The notes under the pieces: generated by a model
The model's database searches: none
Told to the model about the DNA's origin: nothing
Seen by the model: only the letters and a program-made list of their open reading frames with translations
Shown: positions 9,690-20,803 of the stretch, piece by piece
Position numbering within the stretch: the first letter of the stretch is position 1
How the letters are laid out: each line of letters begins with the position of its first letter
Made by a program: the position numbers and the translations under genes
DNA from: Opitutales bacterium
GTDB lineage: Bacteria; Verrucomicrobiota; Verrucomicrobiia; Opitutales; PNEW01
Reading direction: 5' to 3'
Length of the DNA: 64,000 nucleotides
Assembly: GCA_965197745.1 (NCBI GenBank)
Contig: CBDANS010000007.1
Location: forward strand, 1,696,001-1,760,000

Positions 9690-10796
9690 TTATTGAATTT
9701 TGATCTTATTGCCGGGTTGAAACCTGTCCAGGTCCTCTACAATTACCCGTTCGCCCTCCTTTAAGCCATCAAGCACTTCAACATTGTGCAGACCTTGATA
9801 ACCTTTTACGACAAGGCGTATTTCCACTCTTCCTTTATTCACGGCATACACGCGGTCACCAAGTAGAGCTCGACTGGGTATAATCAGAGCATTTTCTCTT
9901 TCAGCAACGATGATGCTTACTTCACCGGTAAGTCCCGGGGTTAATCTCTGTTCATCTATATTCACATCAAGGTAGACGCTGAAGCGCTGGGTTTCCGGAT
10001 CGTTAGTGGGCAGCAGTTGAATGACTGAGGCGTTAAAAAGATCATCGCCGTAGCCGAGGAATCTTACAACGGCGTGATGACCGACATTGACTTTAGCAAA
10101 ATCCTCTTCGCTTATTTTTGCGACAATCCGTCGTTCATTTGAAATTATTTCAGCTACCCCCATTCGGTCACTTATAAGATCGCCCTCAAAAACTATGACT
10201 TCCACTACAGTGCCATCAACGGGGCTTTTGATCGTCATTCTCTCGAGGGCGAGCTGGGTTTGTTGAAGCTCATTATTTAATCTTTTAAGCCGCGCTTCAT
10301 CATCGATTCTTTCATGTTCCATTTTCTCCCGCAATTCCGCCAATCGCCGTCGCGAGGCTTTCAAAGTATCGGGTGAGGCGCTACCTGTTTCTTCAAGTGC
10401 CTCCAGGTCTTTTATGTGGTCTTCAACTTCCAGTGCATTATACTTTAAGGTTGAACCCAGTTTCAATTTTTCGGTAACTGCTTGGAGATCAATTTGAATG
10501 CTTTCAATTTGCAGTTCCAGATCGGTGGTATCCAGTTTGATTATGACCTGACCAGCGCCGACAACATCTCCAATATTTATGAGGCTGGAAATGACACGAC
10601 CACTGCCTTCAGAGCGAACAGTTAATCGATAGGTCTCTTCAACTTTCAAGTTTCCGGAAACGGCATCTATAGCCTGACCCCGGGTAACTTCCTGTGTGTA
10701 AGCGGTGGGTTTACATGACCAGAGCAGCGCCATAAGAAAAAAAAATAGAACAAGCGGCGCCAACACCCATTTTAAATTAGCATCTGGTTTTATCAT
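9690..10796 (-). CDS. Efflux periplasmic adaptor subunit (MacA/HlyD-like)
   Basis: Lipoyl-like halves (GDVVGAGQVIIKLD; IKSPVDGTV) flanking a coiled coil; EVLDGLKEGERVIV C-terminus. Confidence 0.9.
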   Translation of the reverse strand: MIKPDANLKWVLAPLVLFFFLMALLWSCKPTAYTQEVTRGQAIDAVSGNLKVEETYRLTVRSEGSGRVISSLINIGDVVGAGQVIIKLDTTDLELQIESIQIDLQAVTEKLKLGSTLKYNALEVEDHIKDLEALEETGSASPDTLKASRRRLAELREKMEHERIDDEARLKRLNNELQQTQLALERMTIKSPVDGTVVEVIVFEGDLISDRMGVAEIISNERRIVAKISEEDFAKVNVGHHAVVRFLGYGDDLFNASVIQLLPTNDPETQRFSVYLDVNIDEQRLTPGLTGEVSIIVAERENALIIPSRALLGDRVYAVNKGRVEIRLVVKGYQGLHNVEVLDGLKEGERVIVEDLDRFQPGNKIKIQ

Positions 10797-12181
10797 TCAG
10801 CGGGAAGAGTGAAATAGAGAAGTGCCGGATCTTGTCCGATTAGTGAAAGAAGCTCAGAAAAATCGAGAATGAAATTACTTCGAGCCATAAATAATTCTTT
10901 TTGTTTGTTGAAATAATTTAAACGACTTTCAAGGAATTCCAATTCAGAAAGCCTGTTTTGCTCATTCAATTGTTTATCACGATCCCAAAATTTTTGGGTA
11001 AAAGGAAATCTTGCTTCATTCAGCTGAAGTGATTGATAAGCCAGATCAAGGTCGGAAGCCATTTCACGCGCATCGCGATTCAGTTCATTATTGATGCCTT
11101 CCTGCCGCTGTTCAAGTAGACGAATACGTGCCATGCTGGCAATCTTTCTGCCCTTCGTCGCAAATCCATCAAAGATATTCCATGTAAGTCGGACCCCACC
11201 AAAATAAATTAAGGTGTCCACATCGTTAAATGTCGCAGTGTTATCCTGTATTTGGTGCGCGGAGAGAAGGATGTCCAAAAGCGGGCGATTGTTGGATTCA
11301 ATAAACTTCAGGTTTTCTTTTTCTCTCTGAATTCTTTTAGCGTTTAAACTGTGTATTGGATTTTCTTTATAGCCTCCTTCGAAGAAACTGCTGAGAAATT
11401 GTTGAAAGGTATCTGTTTCAAGACTGGGTCGTGGCACTTCGGCGGGAAGGTTGTCTAACTTTAATTGTTCATAGCCACTAATATAAATCAAACGGCGAAG
11501 AAGACGTTGTCCCTTTTTTTTATTTTTTAAAATATTAAGGAGTGTTTCCTGTAATTGAATATGCTGTAATGTATAGTCGTCTTCTGAAAGCAATCCCTGT
11601 CGTTGTTTATCTTCTAATGAAGCAAGACTCTTGCGCGTAATTTCCTCCTCTAATTGCGTATTGCGAAGGGAGACATTTTCGATAATAAGTGAGAGGTAGA
11701 GGACGCGAATCTCCTGGGCCAGATTCTGATAAAAACGCTGGTATTCTTCTTTAGCGAGATTGATATCAATTTGACCTATTCGATCACGTGCATCCACTCC
11801 CCCCCAATGATATATGGGGTGATCTAATGATAAATTAAAAAAATTACGAAATTCATCAGAATCCTTTCCTCGCTCTCGCTCTCGTCTTTCATACCCGGCA
11901 TTTAAACCAAAATTTATATTGGGTAATTTGTCAGATGAAAAAAGATAGCCCATTCCCTCAGCTTCAGAAATATTTTGTATTTCCCTAAGTAATGAAGGCG
12001 CTTTCTTATTGGCGACCTTGTATATTTCTATTAATTGTGGGAAAAGGGCGTCGGGGGTGCAGTGGGGATAGGGGACATCCGCGCGGAGAAAGGGAATCCA
12101 AACAAATAATCCAAGGAGAGCAGTGACAAGAAACTGCTTTATAAACGAAAGGGATTTTTTATCTATGACCGAATAACACAT
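10793..12181 (-). CDS. TolC family outer membrane protein
   Basis: Signal peptide; helical repeats with LTWNIFDGF strand motif; in operon with adaptor and ABC genes. Confidence 0.85.
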   Translation of the reverse strand: MCYSVIDKKSLSFIKQFLVTALLGLFVWIPFLRADVPYPHCTPDALFPQLIEIYKVANKKAPSLLREIQNISEAEGMGYLFSSDKLPNINFGLNAGYERRERERGKDSDEFRNFFNLSLDHPIYHWGGVDARDRIGQIDINLAKEEYQRFYQNLAQEIRVLYLSLIIENVSLRNTQLEEEITRKSLASLEDKQRQGLLSEDDYTLQHIQLQETLLNILKNKKKGQRLLRRLIYISGYEQLKLDNLPAEVPRPSLETDTFQQFLSSFFEGGYKENPIHSLNAKRIQREKENLKFIESNNRPLLDILLSAHQIQDNTATFNDVDTLIYFGGVRLTWNIFDGFATKGRKIASMARIRLLEQRQEGINNELNRDAREMASDLDLAYQSLQLNEARFPFTQKFWDRDKQLNEQNRLSELEFLESRLNYFNKQKELFMARSNFILDFSELLSLIGQDPALLYFTLPAE

Positions 12182-12470
12182 AAACGGAGATTAAGATTTC
12201 TTAGTCATCGAGATGGTATGACACTATAAAAAAGTGCCATTGTTTCACCTATCGCTTAAAAATCAAGATGATTTAAAACGAAGGACGAAGCCTTTAAGGT
12301 GTGTATAAATCCGATTGTAAAAGATTAAATTTAAAATATCGCTATGGTTTCAGCGGGGAAGAAGCCTGAGTTAACTCAATCAGCGTTGCTAAATTTTGTA
12401 TTAAACGCTTAAATCTATTTAAAGATTTAAAACAGTTCATCAAGTTCACAATTTAAGGACGACTAATGTA

Positions 12471-13604
12471 ATGCCGGGCAAAGAATCTCTAAAACAAAAG
12501 ATAATCATGATTACTCATGAATTTTATCCCAAACTGAGAGGGATATCAGTCTATCTGCAGGAGATTGCTAAATGTGCCTCAGAGCGAGGAAATACGATAG
12601 AAGTTTGGGCGCCCGCTAACGATGAGATCCTGGCTGCGGATTTACCTTATACCGTAAAACTGATGCCCTTGAAAGGAACCCAGAGTTGGGTGTCCCGCAT
12701 AAAACTTGCCTTGGAATTAATCAAATGTCGCGAGCAGGTAGGCAATGCCATCCTCTATTTGGCTGAGCCGGGACCTATTCGGACGATGCTGTATTTACAG
12801 CTATTCTCAGTGATTAAACCTCAAGCGCTTTGGATTACCCTTTATGGATCGGAGATAAAAAAATTTACGATTTTTCCGCATAGAAAAATTCTTTTTAAAA
12901 AATTATTAAAGTTTGCCGATAGGATCAGCGTAATTTCGCAATACAATTATCGTATATTGCGTCAGCTGTTTCCTGAACTGGATGAGAAAATTGTAGTCGC
13001 TGGCTGCGCCCTTAAGTCTGACTTCACAAAGGAAGTCAGTCCCAAGCAGAAAAATAATAAAGATAAAATAATTGTTCTGACCGTGGGAGGGATTCATCCG
13101 CGTAAAGGTCAATTAAATCTTCTCCATGCATTAAACCGATTGGAGTTGGACCTGAAAAAAAAGATTGAATACAGGTTGGTCGGCCCCCTTGTGAAGCCAT
13201 CCTATTTTAAAAAGATTGAATCTTATGCGAATAAAAACAGATTGAATTTTAAATACCTGGGAGAAGTTGAGAATAAGGATTTGAGCGCCATTTATGCGGA
13301 AGCAGATATTTATGCGATGACGAGCATTGATTACCGGAGCAGCGTAGAAGGGTTTGGGCTTACTTATCTCGAAGCTTCAGCGCATCGGCTTCCTATTATA
13401 GCTCACCGCGTCGGTGGGGTAGAGGATGCCGTCAAAAACAATGTGACTGGCATCCTCATAGAACCGGGCGACTATGAACATCTTGCCAATGTATTGCAAA
13501 CGCTGGTTGCCGACTCATCTCTTCGTGATAGACTGGGGGGTGAAGGAGAACGTTGGGCCCGTAATCATACATGGGAAAAGTGTGTTGAAAAAATTTTCGG
13601 ATAA
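12471..13604 (+). CDS. Glycosyltransferase family 4
   Basis: PRKG and EGFGLTYLEA (EX7E) motifs. Confidence 0.92.
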   Translation: MPGKESLKQKIIMITHEFYPKLRGISVYLQEIAKCASERGNTIEVWAPANDEILAADLPYTVKLMPLKGTQSWVSRIKLALELIKCREQVGNAILYLAEPGPIRTMLYLQLFSVIKPQALWITLYGSEIKKFTIFPHRKILFKKLLKFADRISVISQYNYRILRQLFPELDEKIVVAGCALKSDFTKEVSPKQKNNKDKIIVLTVGGIHPRKGQLNLLHALNRLELDLKKKIEYRLVGPLVKPSYFKKIESYANKNRLNFKYLGEVENKDLSAIYAEADIYAMTSIDYRSSVEGFGLTYLEASAHRLPIIAHRVGGVEDAVKNNVTGILIEPGDYEHLANVLQTLVADSSLRDRLGGEGERWARNHTWEKCVEKIFG

Positions 13605-13618
13605 ACCTGACAAGAGCA

Positions 13619-14809
13619 GTGGTGAATTTAATTGATCTGACACATACTTCTCATTGCCGAGTTAATACCGGCATCCAAAGGGTTTGCCGCAAGCTACACC
13701 AGGAATTCGAGCAGGATGAAACCGGTATAACCGTTACCTTTGATCCTTACCGAAATGCATGGAGAGAACTGACTGATGGTGAACGGAGCAATCTCAATCT
13801 CGCCGATACAGATATACCGGATGGTAAAAGAGGTACATTCTGGCCAATAAATAAACGCATCATGGGCTATCTGGGACGCGCATTTAATATTCAGAGCAGT
13901 GATTTAATAGGAAAAAAATCTACCTTCCAGGGGCTCGTCGTCCCAGAAATATTTGGACCACAATTGCCGCACGCTTACTCGGCGCTCTCGCCTAAAATCA
14001 GGGGGCCTAAAGTAGCAATATTTTATGATGCTGTTACCTTAAGTCTGCCTGAATACGCTCCTAAAAATGCCATTTTAAAATTTCCCGCTTATTTGAAATC
14101 ATTGCTATGGTTTGATGGTATTGCGGCGATCTCTGAAGCGTCATCCAGCGAATTAATTAAATACTGGGAAAAAAATGGCTATAATACGCATCCACCAGTA
14201 GTCTCCATACCTTTAGGCACGGATATTCACCAGGCAATTAAGGAAAATGATAATGACAATAAGAGAGACAATGTTCCTATAATATTAACCGTGGCGACAA
14301 TAGAGGGAAGGAAAAATCATCTATCCTTATTACAAGCAGCGGAAACACTTTGGGAAAAAGGGCATTCATTTCATTTGAGACTCGTCGGGAAGTTGCAAAA
14401 AGAGACAGGTCAGGCAGCCCTTGACTATCTCCAACAACTACAACGATCGGGGCGCGCTATAGAGTGGTTGGGGCCTCTTAGTGAAAGCAATCTCCGCAAA
14501 GCTTATAGAGAATGTAGATTTACAATATATCCATCTCTATATGAAGGGTTTGGGATCCCAATCCTGGAAAGTTTAAGTTTCGGAAAACCCTGTATTTGCA
14601 CCGACCGTGGGGCGCTGCCGGAAAGCGCCCGTGGGGGAGGGTGCCTGGTGGTTAAGGAAACGCAGGCAAAGGATTTAGCAAAAGCAATGGGTAAGCTACT
14701 TGGGGATAATGATCTCTATGAAAAACTTGCTGAAGAGGCGCGTTCCCGTCGTTTCAAAAGCTGGCATACATATTGTCGTGAGCTTCAAGAATGGATGAAT
14801 AGCATTTAA
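13619..14809 (+). CDS. Glycosyltransferase family 4 (GT-B)
   Basis: TGIQRV, EGRKN and PSLYEGFGIPILES motifs. Confidence 0.9.
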   Translation: MVNLIDLTHTSHCRVNTGIQRVCRKLHQEFEQDETGITVTFDPYRNAWRELTDGERSNLNLADTDIPDGKRGTFWPINKRIMGYLGRAFNIQSSDLIGKKSTFQGLVVPEIFGPQLPHAYSALSPKIRGPKVAIFYDAVTLSLPEYAPKNAILKFPAYLKSLLWFDGIAAISEASSSELIKYWEKNGYNTHPPVVSIPLGTDIHQAIKENDNDNKRDNVPIILTVATIEGRKNHLSLLQAAETLWEKGHSFHLRLVGKLQKETGQAALDYLQQLQRSGRAIEWLGPLSESNLRKAYRECRFTIYPSLYEGFGIPILESLSFGKPCICTDRGALPESARGGGCLVVKETQAKDLAKAMGKLLGDNDLYEKLAEEARSRRFKSWHTYCRELQEWMNSI

Positions 14810-14957
14810 GTTAGCAGGGACGGTTCCCCTAAAGCGTTCTTTCAGATCGTCGCAGCAATGGACGTTATAACTTGATCATACTACTGTTATTGTCTATTTT
14901 CTTACCTTTTTATCCTATGATTTTTGTCTCATGAACTTCCCCTGCAAAACCTGAAAA

Positions 14958-17465
14958 ATGCTCTATAGGAGCCCTAAAAGAATTTACAATAATTCAGCCC
15001 TGGAGTTTTGGTTTAAAAGGCTATCTTCAGATTGGGAACAATATTTTTTGCCTGAAGAATTAGCTAAGGGTCGCGAGATTTATAGAAAGGGTGAAATCCG
15101 AGAAATCGAAGTTAACAATGGCGATGCTATTATTCACTACAAACACCAGCAAAAAGAATATTACGCGCTGATTGATTGGGATGAAAGTAAACCTGATATT
15201 CGCTTTTCTGATGAAGATCGTCGTTTTGGAAATTGCCTGGCCGCAGCCGGGTTTTATGAAATCGAAGAACTGGTAGCTGAAGAAATTCCTCCTGTTCCTG
15301 AACAAAAACGGACGAGAGAGGAAGAGCATGAGGTTTTATCGGACGGTATAATTTTTGAGGCAGATAAAAGTCAGGAAATTGCGTGTCCTGTAATTTTAAA
15401 ATTAGATTCTACAATTGCCGGTCTAACCCTGGAAGCATTCTGGAAAAACGGTGACGATACATTAAGCACGCCTATTCGCTTGAATGGTAAACGAGGGGTT
15501 GCTGAATTTAATTCAGCCGATCGTGAAACTTTGATCCGGCTGACGACAAACCTGCACAAAGCTGGTTTTGTAAAGAGGAAAAAAGAGAGAAAGTATCTCC
15601 TCAGCGATCATTCACGAATCTGTTCCTTTTTTAGCGAAGAACTGCCAAACTGGAATAATTTCTTTGAGATAGAAATTAACCACCGTGTTAAAGCGCTTAC
15701 GAGGGGCTTGCAGGTAGTTCATGTTGAAGCTGATGCGGGAATAAACGAAAGCGAATTGAATTTTCAATGGAAGATGCAGGTGGGGGACCGTGCCCTCACG
15801 GCAGAAGAGAGTCGTCTGCTTCTCAAAAGGTGTAGACACAGCGTAATCATTCCCGAGTTGGGAATGGTAAAAATCCCCGATGACAAAGCTGATATTCTCG
15901 CAGAATGGCAGGCATTTCTCGATGAAGACAATTCCGGTAAATTGCCTAAATATATGCTGTTCTCGCTGTTTGATGAGGATAAAATGCGAATAAATCTGTC
16001 TTCAGAATTAAAGCAGTGGCGTGAATTACTGCTCAAACCTCCTCAGAAAAACGGCGTTTTGCCTGATTTTCTCAGGCCCTACCAAAAACGTGGTGTCGTA
16101 TGGTTATCGCATTTATTTGAACGGGACTGTCACGGCCTCCTCGCGGATGAAATGGGATTGGGCAAAACGCTTCAGACTGCTGCCCTTTTTCACAATCGGC
16201 CAATTAGTGGTATGCGGCACATTATTGTCTGCCCCGCCAGTGTCGTCCCCGTATGGAAAAATGAATGCAATAATTTTTTCCCTCAATTAAAGATTGAAAT
16301 ACTTAAAAGTGATCACAATTTTATAACCTGCCCTGAACCTGTAATATGGGTTACCAGTTACACGCAATTGCGCCGTCAAAAGTCGCTTCTGGATCAAGTT
16401 GAATTTGGATATGCGGTATTAGACGAAGGGCAACTGATAAAAAATCCGGATGCCAAGGTAACAATAGCATGCTTAAACATAAATGCCCGGCATCGCATTG
16501 TTCTGACGGGGACGCCTATAGAAAATCGTCATCTCGATTTGTGGACTTTGTTTCGATTTCTCATGCCGGGCTTGCTGGGTGGCCGACGTAAATTTGAGAA
16601 GTCTGTTCAAGATAACGAGTTTAAATTGAGCAACAAATTGAATCGACAAATTGCCCCTTTTATTCTCCGCAGAACAAAAAAGGATGTAATCAGTGATTTG
16701 CCACCGAAAGTAGAAATGGGTTTGATCTGTCCATTGACCGATGTTCAACAGCAACAATACGGGAGGATCACTGAACAGGGGATACGCTCATTAGGAGAAA
16801 ATTTGCAGCGCGTGGTAAGCGAACGTACTATTACGCTTTTCACTCTTCTCACCCGATTGCGGCAAGTTTGTTGTGATCCTGATTTATTGCCATGGCATTC
16901 TTCTGACCTGAGCCATAGTGGTAAAATTAACTTACTCTTGGAGAAAATGGGTGAAATCGTTTCCAATGGTCATAAGGTTGTGATCTTCAGTCAATTTGTA
17001 TCGCTACTCAAACGAGTTCGACTGGGTTTAGAAAAACAATTTGAAGGGATATCTCTCTATGAATTGACGGGAAAAACGATTGATCGAGAAAAGCCGATCA
17101 AAGCGTTTCAGGATTGTAAAAATGCATCAGTTATACTTGTGAGTCTGCGTGCCGGCGGAACAGGAATAACCCTGCACGCTGCAGATTATGTGTTCCTTCT
17201 CGATCCCTGGTGGAATCCTGCAGTAGAAGAGCAGGCCATTGACCGCGTTCACCGTATTGGTCAGGACAAAACCGTATTCGTTTACAGGATGATTACGGAA
17301 GGCACGATAGAAGAGCGTATCGAGCGTCTGAAATCAAGAAAGCGGGAACTTTTTAATCATCTCGTAGGTGGATTATCTGATGTGTCTGAGTTTAAAAACT
17401 ATTTTCATTCACTAAGTGAACTCATCGCCTTAAATACACACACCCTTGATAGGAAAATAGATTAA
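14958..17465 (+). CDS. SNF2-family helicase/ATPase
   Basis: LADEMGLGKT, DEGQLIKN, LTGTPIEN, DPWWNP, QAIDRVHRIGQ. Confidence 0.95.
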   Translation: MLYRSPKRIYNNSALEFWFKRLSSDWEQYFLPEELAKGREIYRKGEIREIEVNNGDAIIHYKHQQKEYYALIDWDESKPDIRFSDEDRRFGNCLAAAGFYEIEELVAEEIPPVPEQKRTREEEHEVLSDGIIFEADKSQEIACPVILKLDSTIAGLTLEAFWKNGDDTLSTPIRLNGKRGVAEFNSADRETLIRLTTNLHKAGFVKRKKERKYLLSDHSRICSFFSEELPNWNNFFEIEINHRVKALTRGLQVVHVEADAGINESELNFQWKMQVGDRALTAEESRLLLKRCRHSVIIPELGMVKIPDDKADILAEWQAFLDEDNSGKLPKYMLFSLFDEDKMRINLSSELKQWRELLLKPPQKNGVLPDFLRPYQKRGVVWLSHLFERDCHGLLADEMGLGKTLQTAALFHNRPISGMRHIIVCPASVVPVWKNECNNFFPQLKIEILKSDHNFITCPEPVIWVTSYTQLRRQKSLLDQVEFGYAVLDEGQLIKNPDAKVTIACLNINARHRIVLTGTPIENRHLDLWTLFRFLMPGLLGGRRKFEKSVQDNEFKLSNKLNRQIAPFILRRTKKDVISDLPPKVEMGLICPLTDVQQQQYGRITEQGIRSLGENLQRVVSERTITLFTLLTRLRQVCCDPDLLPWHSSDLSHSGKINLLLEKMGEIVSNGHKVVIFSQFVSLLKRVRLGLEKQFEGISLYELTGKTIDREKPIKAFQDCKNASVILVSLRAGGTGITLHAADYVFLLDPWWNPAVEEQAIDRVHRIGQDKTVFVYRMITEGTIEERIERLKSRKRELFNHLVGGLSDVSEFKNYFHSLSELIALNTHTLDRKID

Positions 17466-17482
17466 CATAGATTCAGGAAAAT

Positions 17483-18343
17483 ATGGGGTCATCCGGAATT
17501 AGATCTGTTACCGTAAAAAGAGTATCCGATTCAGGTTCATTAATTGAATCGGATGCGCTTGCCGTAGAGGAGCCATTGGAAATCCGTTTGGGTTATGTGC
17601 GCGATGGGCACCGCCTTCAACGGAGTTTATCCATAACCATGCGTACTCCCGGTCAAGATACTGAATTAGCCGTTGGATTCCTCCTGACCGAAGGGATAAT
17701 TTCAGATAAGAAGCAGATTGAAACGGTAAGGTGTGCTCACCGAGAAGGGGAGGAAATGGATTCGGATAATAAAATCCTTATCGACCTTAAAAGTGATGTG
17801 TCATTCGATATGAAACGATTAGAAAGACACTTTTATACTACATCGAGTTGTGGGGTTTGCGGAAAATCTTCGCTTGAAGCACTGAATATACGTGAGAATC
17901 CGGAATTACCGAAAAGGCAACCAGTATTCAGCACTGAGATTATACATTGCCTGCCAGCAATGCTACGTAAAGACCAATCGGTATTCAGTTCAACTGGGGG
18001 AATACATGCAGCGGGTCTTTTCAATTCTCAAGGTTCACTGGTGTCATTAAAGGAAGATGTAGGCAGACATAATGCGGTGGACAAGCTTATTGGAGAAGCG
18101 CTACTCAAAGAGCGTTTGCCCCTGCACGATTCTCTTATGATGGTCAGTGGTCGAACCAGTTTTGAAATTCTGCAAAAAGCACTATCAGCTGGAATCCCCA
18201 TTGTTGCCGCGGTGGGTGCGCCTTCCAGCCTCGCTGTTGAGCTTGCGAACACCTTTAAGATGACCCTTTTGGGTTTTGTCAGCAATGATCGATTCAATAT
18301 TTATAGTGAATCACAACGCATCCTTGATGACGGAAAGGTTTAA
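17483..18343 (+). CDS. fdhD: Formate dehydrogenase accessory sulfurtransferase FdhD
   Basis: EEPLEI, TMRTPG, SSCGVCGK, TGGIHAAG, EDVGRHNAVDK. Confidence 0.95.
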   Translation: MGSSGIRSVTVKRVSDSGSLIESDALAVEEPLEIRLGYVRDGHRLQRSLSITMRTPGQDTELAVGFLLTEGIISDKKQIETVRCAHREGEEMDSDNKILIDLKSDVSFDMKRLERHFYTTSSCGVCGKSSLEALNIRENPELPKRQPVFSTEIIHCLPAMLRKDQSVFSSTGGIHAAGLFNSQGSLVSLKEDVGRHNAVDKLIGEALLKERLPLHDSLMMVSGRTSFEILQKALSAGIPIVAAVGAPSSLAVELANTFKMTLLGFVSNDRFNIYSESQRILDDGKV

Positions 18344-18441
18344 ATAGCAGCATTCTTCTTCGTAATAATAGAGATTTTTTCAAGACTCGGAGGATGGCGT
18401 TTAGAACTAATTCAGTGAAATTACATTTATAATCCAGTTAT

Positions 18442-19338
18442 ATGAGCGATGAACGCGTATTTTATTTTAATCGTTATTCAGAACGTATTGAAGAAGAGAA
18501 AATTTATGGCGATCGCTATTTACGGTGGGTAACGGGGAACCTCTCGGGAAGATTTATTTATCAAACATTGGTGAAACGAACCTGGTTTTCACGATGGTAT
18601 GGATGGCGAATGAAACGTCGCAGCAGTAAAAAAAAGATCCTGCCTTTTATTGAAAAATATAATATAGATGTTAACGAATTTGAACATTCCCCTGAAGCGT
18701 TTGCTACCTTCAACGAGTTTTTCTATCGCTCTCTTAAGCGGGAAAAACGGCCCATTATAGCCGATAATAATACCGTCGTTTTTCCCGCTGACGGGAGGCA
18801 TTTGGGGTTTCAGGACATTTCGAAACTTCAGGGAATCTTTGTAAAAGGGCAAATGCTCAATTTTGGAGAACTTTTAGGGAATCATTCATTGGCCGATCGT
18901 TTTTACAATGGAACGATGATCATCTCACGTCTCTGTCCCATTGATTATCATCGCTTTCATTTTCCCGTAAGCGGAATACCCGGGACGGCGCGGTATATTA
19001 ATGGATTTCTTGCTTCCGTAAATCCAATAGCCCTCAGACGAAATATTCATGCATTATCTGAAAACAAACGAGTGCTTACCTGCCTGGATAGTGAAGATTT
19101 CGGTCAGGTCCTGATCCTGGAAGTGGGCGCTACCTGTGTCGGGTCAATCATCAATACTTATAAACCTGACTTTCCGATAATGAAAGGTGAAGAGAAAGGG
19201 TACTTTTCCTTTGGCGGATCAGCAGTGATTACCCTTTTTCAAAAAAACCGAATTCAATTGGATGACGATCTCCTTCTTCACAGTGAAGAAGGATGTGAGT
19301 TATATGCCCATATGGGCGATCACGCGGGATCAAATTGA
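18442..19338 (+). CDS. psd: Phosphatidylserine decarboxylase proenzyme
   Basis: FNEFFYR, PADG, RLCPIDYHRFHFP, VGATCVGSI and FGGS self-cleavage motif. Confidence 0.92.
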   Translation: MSDERVFYFNRYSERIEEEKIYGDRYLRWVTGNLSGRFIYQTLVKRTWFSRWYGWRMKRRSSKKKILPFIEKYNIDVNEFEHSPEAFATFNEFFYRSLKREKRPIIADNNTVVFPADGRHLGFQDISKLQGIFVKGQMLNFGELLGNHSLADRFYNGTMIISRLCPIDYHRFHFPVSGIPGTARYINGFLASVNPIALRRNIHALSENKRVLTCLDSEDFGQVLILEVGATCVGSIINTYKPDFPIMKGEEKGYFSFGGSAVITLFQKNRIQLDDDLLLHSEEGCELYAHMGDHAGSN

Positions 19339-19339
19339 A

Positions 19340-20791
19340 TCAGCGCCATCCCCGCTGACTGTTAAGACCGCGGCCGGCTTTTATTTCTTTACTCGATGCA
19401 GGATCAAATTTCCGGTCAGGTTCTCCTTTCAATTTCTTTCCTTCAATCCAATTCAAATCATTTCCATAGAGATTTTCGATAAGCCAAAGGGTCATACGTT
19501 CGCGGGTTTCAGCATATGCGGGTTCATCCGCAAGATCATGCATTTCTCGAGGATCATTTTTAAGGTCAAAAAGCTGAATACGATTTCCGACAGGATACCA
19601 TATCAATTTAAACTCATTCGCACGGATCATACGTACCGCTCGTTCATCTTCATTATGCTCACAACAGAGATATTCACGCTTAAAGTCGGTGATCATTGAT
19701 TTACCCTCTACGGTCTCCGGAATGGGAATGTTGCACAGGTCGAGAAGCGTAGGCATAACATCACGCAGCGCGACCAATCGCTCATCTTGCTGATTAATTT
19801 TCAGTCGAGGATCATCAACTGCTGGCGATAGGATCATCGGAATTTTTGCAGAAGTCTCGTACATCTGTGTCTTTGCCCACAGATTGTGATTTCCCAACAT
19901 ATCACCATGATCACTAATGAACATAATAATGGTATTATCAAGCAGCCCTTCCTCTCTTAAAGTACCAATTAGCAGTCGTATTTGATGGTCGATATAGGTA
20001 CATTGTGCGTAGAATCCCGCGCGCGCCTCGGAAATTTCAGCGTCTGATAATGAGAGCCATCGGCTGTCATGACATTTAAGCGCAAATGGAAGTTTATCAA
20101 AATCCCGGGCCCAGTCTCCGATATAGGGTTTATCAACACCTAAATGTCTATAGATCTGTAAATACTCAGCGGGCGGAACAATGGGCGGATGAGGAGCCTG
20201 ATAGGAACAATACCAGAAAGCGGGACGCGTTGGATCACGACGCTGGATAGTATAACACATTTCCCTCGTAGTCCAATTAGTCGAGTGGTAGCGTTCCGGT
20301 AAGTGCCAGGGACGAACGCAGTACTCATTGCTTCCCATCCCATGCGTAAATTCCTGTCCGGAATAGCCTTCCTCGCGAAGAAATCTTTCATAATCATCCA
20401 CCACGCCCCCAAACTGATGGCGACCTTCCTCATTGAGAATTACCTCTTCAAATCCGATTCTGTCGCGTTGGGGGTAGACATGAAGTTTGCCTACAGCATA
20501 GGCCTGATAACCAGCATTGCGAAATGCTGAGGGCATCGTTGTAAATTTAGGATCCATCTCGAGGTGTTCATTAAAAGAGCGATCCCCGTGAGTTTTCGCC
20601 ATCGTCCCGGTCATTAATGCGCGCCTTGCGGGGATGCAGGTAGGGGTCGTGGTATAAGCCTCGGTAAAAAGCACCCCGTTTTCCGCGAGTCGGTTAAGCG
20701 TTGGTGTCAAAATATGCTGATGACCTCTTGTCCCGAGCAGATGACCGGGCCAGTGATCGACACAAATAAGTAATACATTAGGTTGGGCCAT
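19340..20791 (-). CDS. Sulfatase (cytoplasmic, choline-sulfatase-like subfamily)
   Basis: PNVLLI, CIPAR, GKLH, SDHGDMLG; no signal peptide. Confidence 0.92.
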   Translation of the reverse strand: MAQPNVLLICVDHWPGHLLGTRGHQHILTPTLNRLAENGVLFTEAYTTTPTCIPARRALMTGTMAKTHGDRSFNEHLEMDPKFTTMPSAFRNAGYQAYAVGKLHVYPQRDRIGFEEVILNEEGRHQFGGVVDDYERFLREEGYSGQEFTHGMGSNEYCVRPWHLPERYHSTNWTTREMCYTIQRRDPTRPAFWYCSYQAPHPPIVPPAEYLQIYRHLGVDKPYIGDWARDFDKLPFALKCHDSRWLSLSDAEISEARAGFYAQCTYIDHQIRLLIGTLREEGLLDNTIIMFISDHGDMLGNHNLWAKTQMYETSAKIPMILSPAVDDPRLKINQQDERLVALRDVMPTLLDLCNIPIPETVEGKSMITDFKREYLCCEHNEDERAVRMIRANEFKLIWYPVGNRIQLFDLKNDPREMHDLADEPAYAETRERMTLWLIENLYGNDLNWIEGKKLKGEPDRKFDPASSKEIKAGRGLNSQRGWR

Positions 20792-20803
20792 GTTCTTTAT
20801 ATG

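Noticed and set aside
14958..17465. SNF2 helicase as part of an anti-phage system
   Set aside because: No nuclease, methylase or other defence gene nearby; flanked by housekeeping genes
17483..18343. FdhD as maturation factor for ActB
   Set aside because: Characterised ActB subunits lack a molybdenum cofactor; the genes are about 18 kb apart and no fdh genes are in the window
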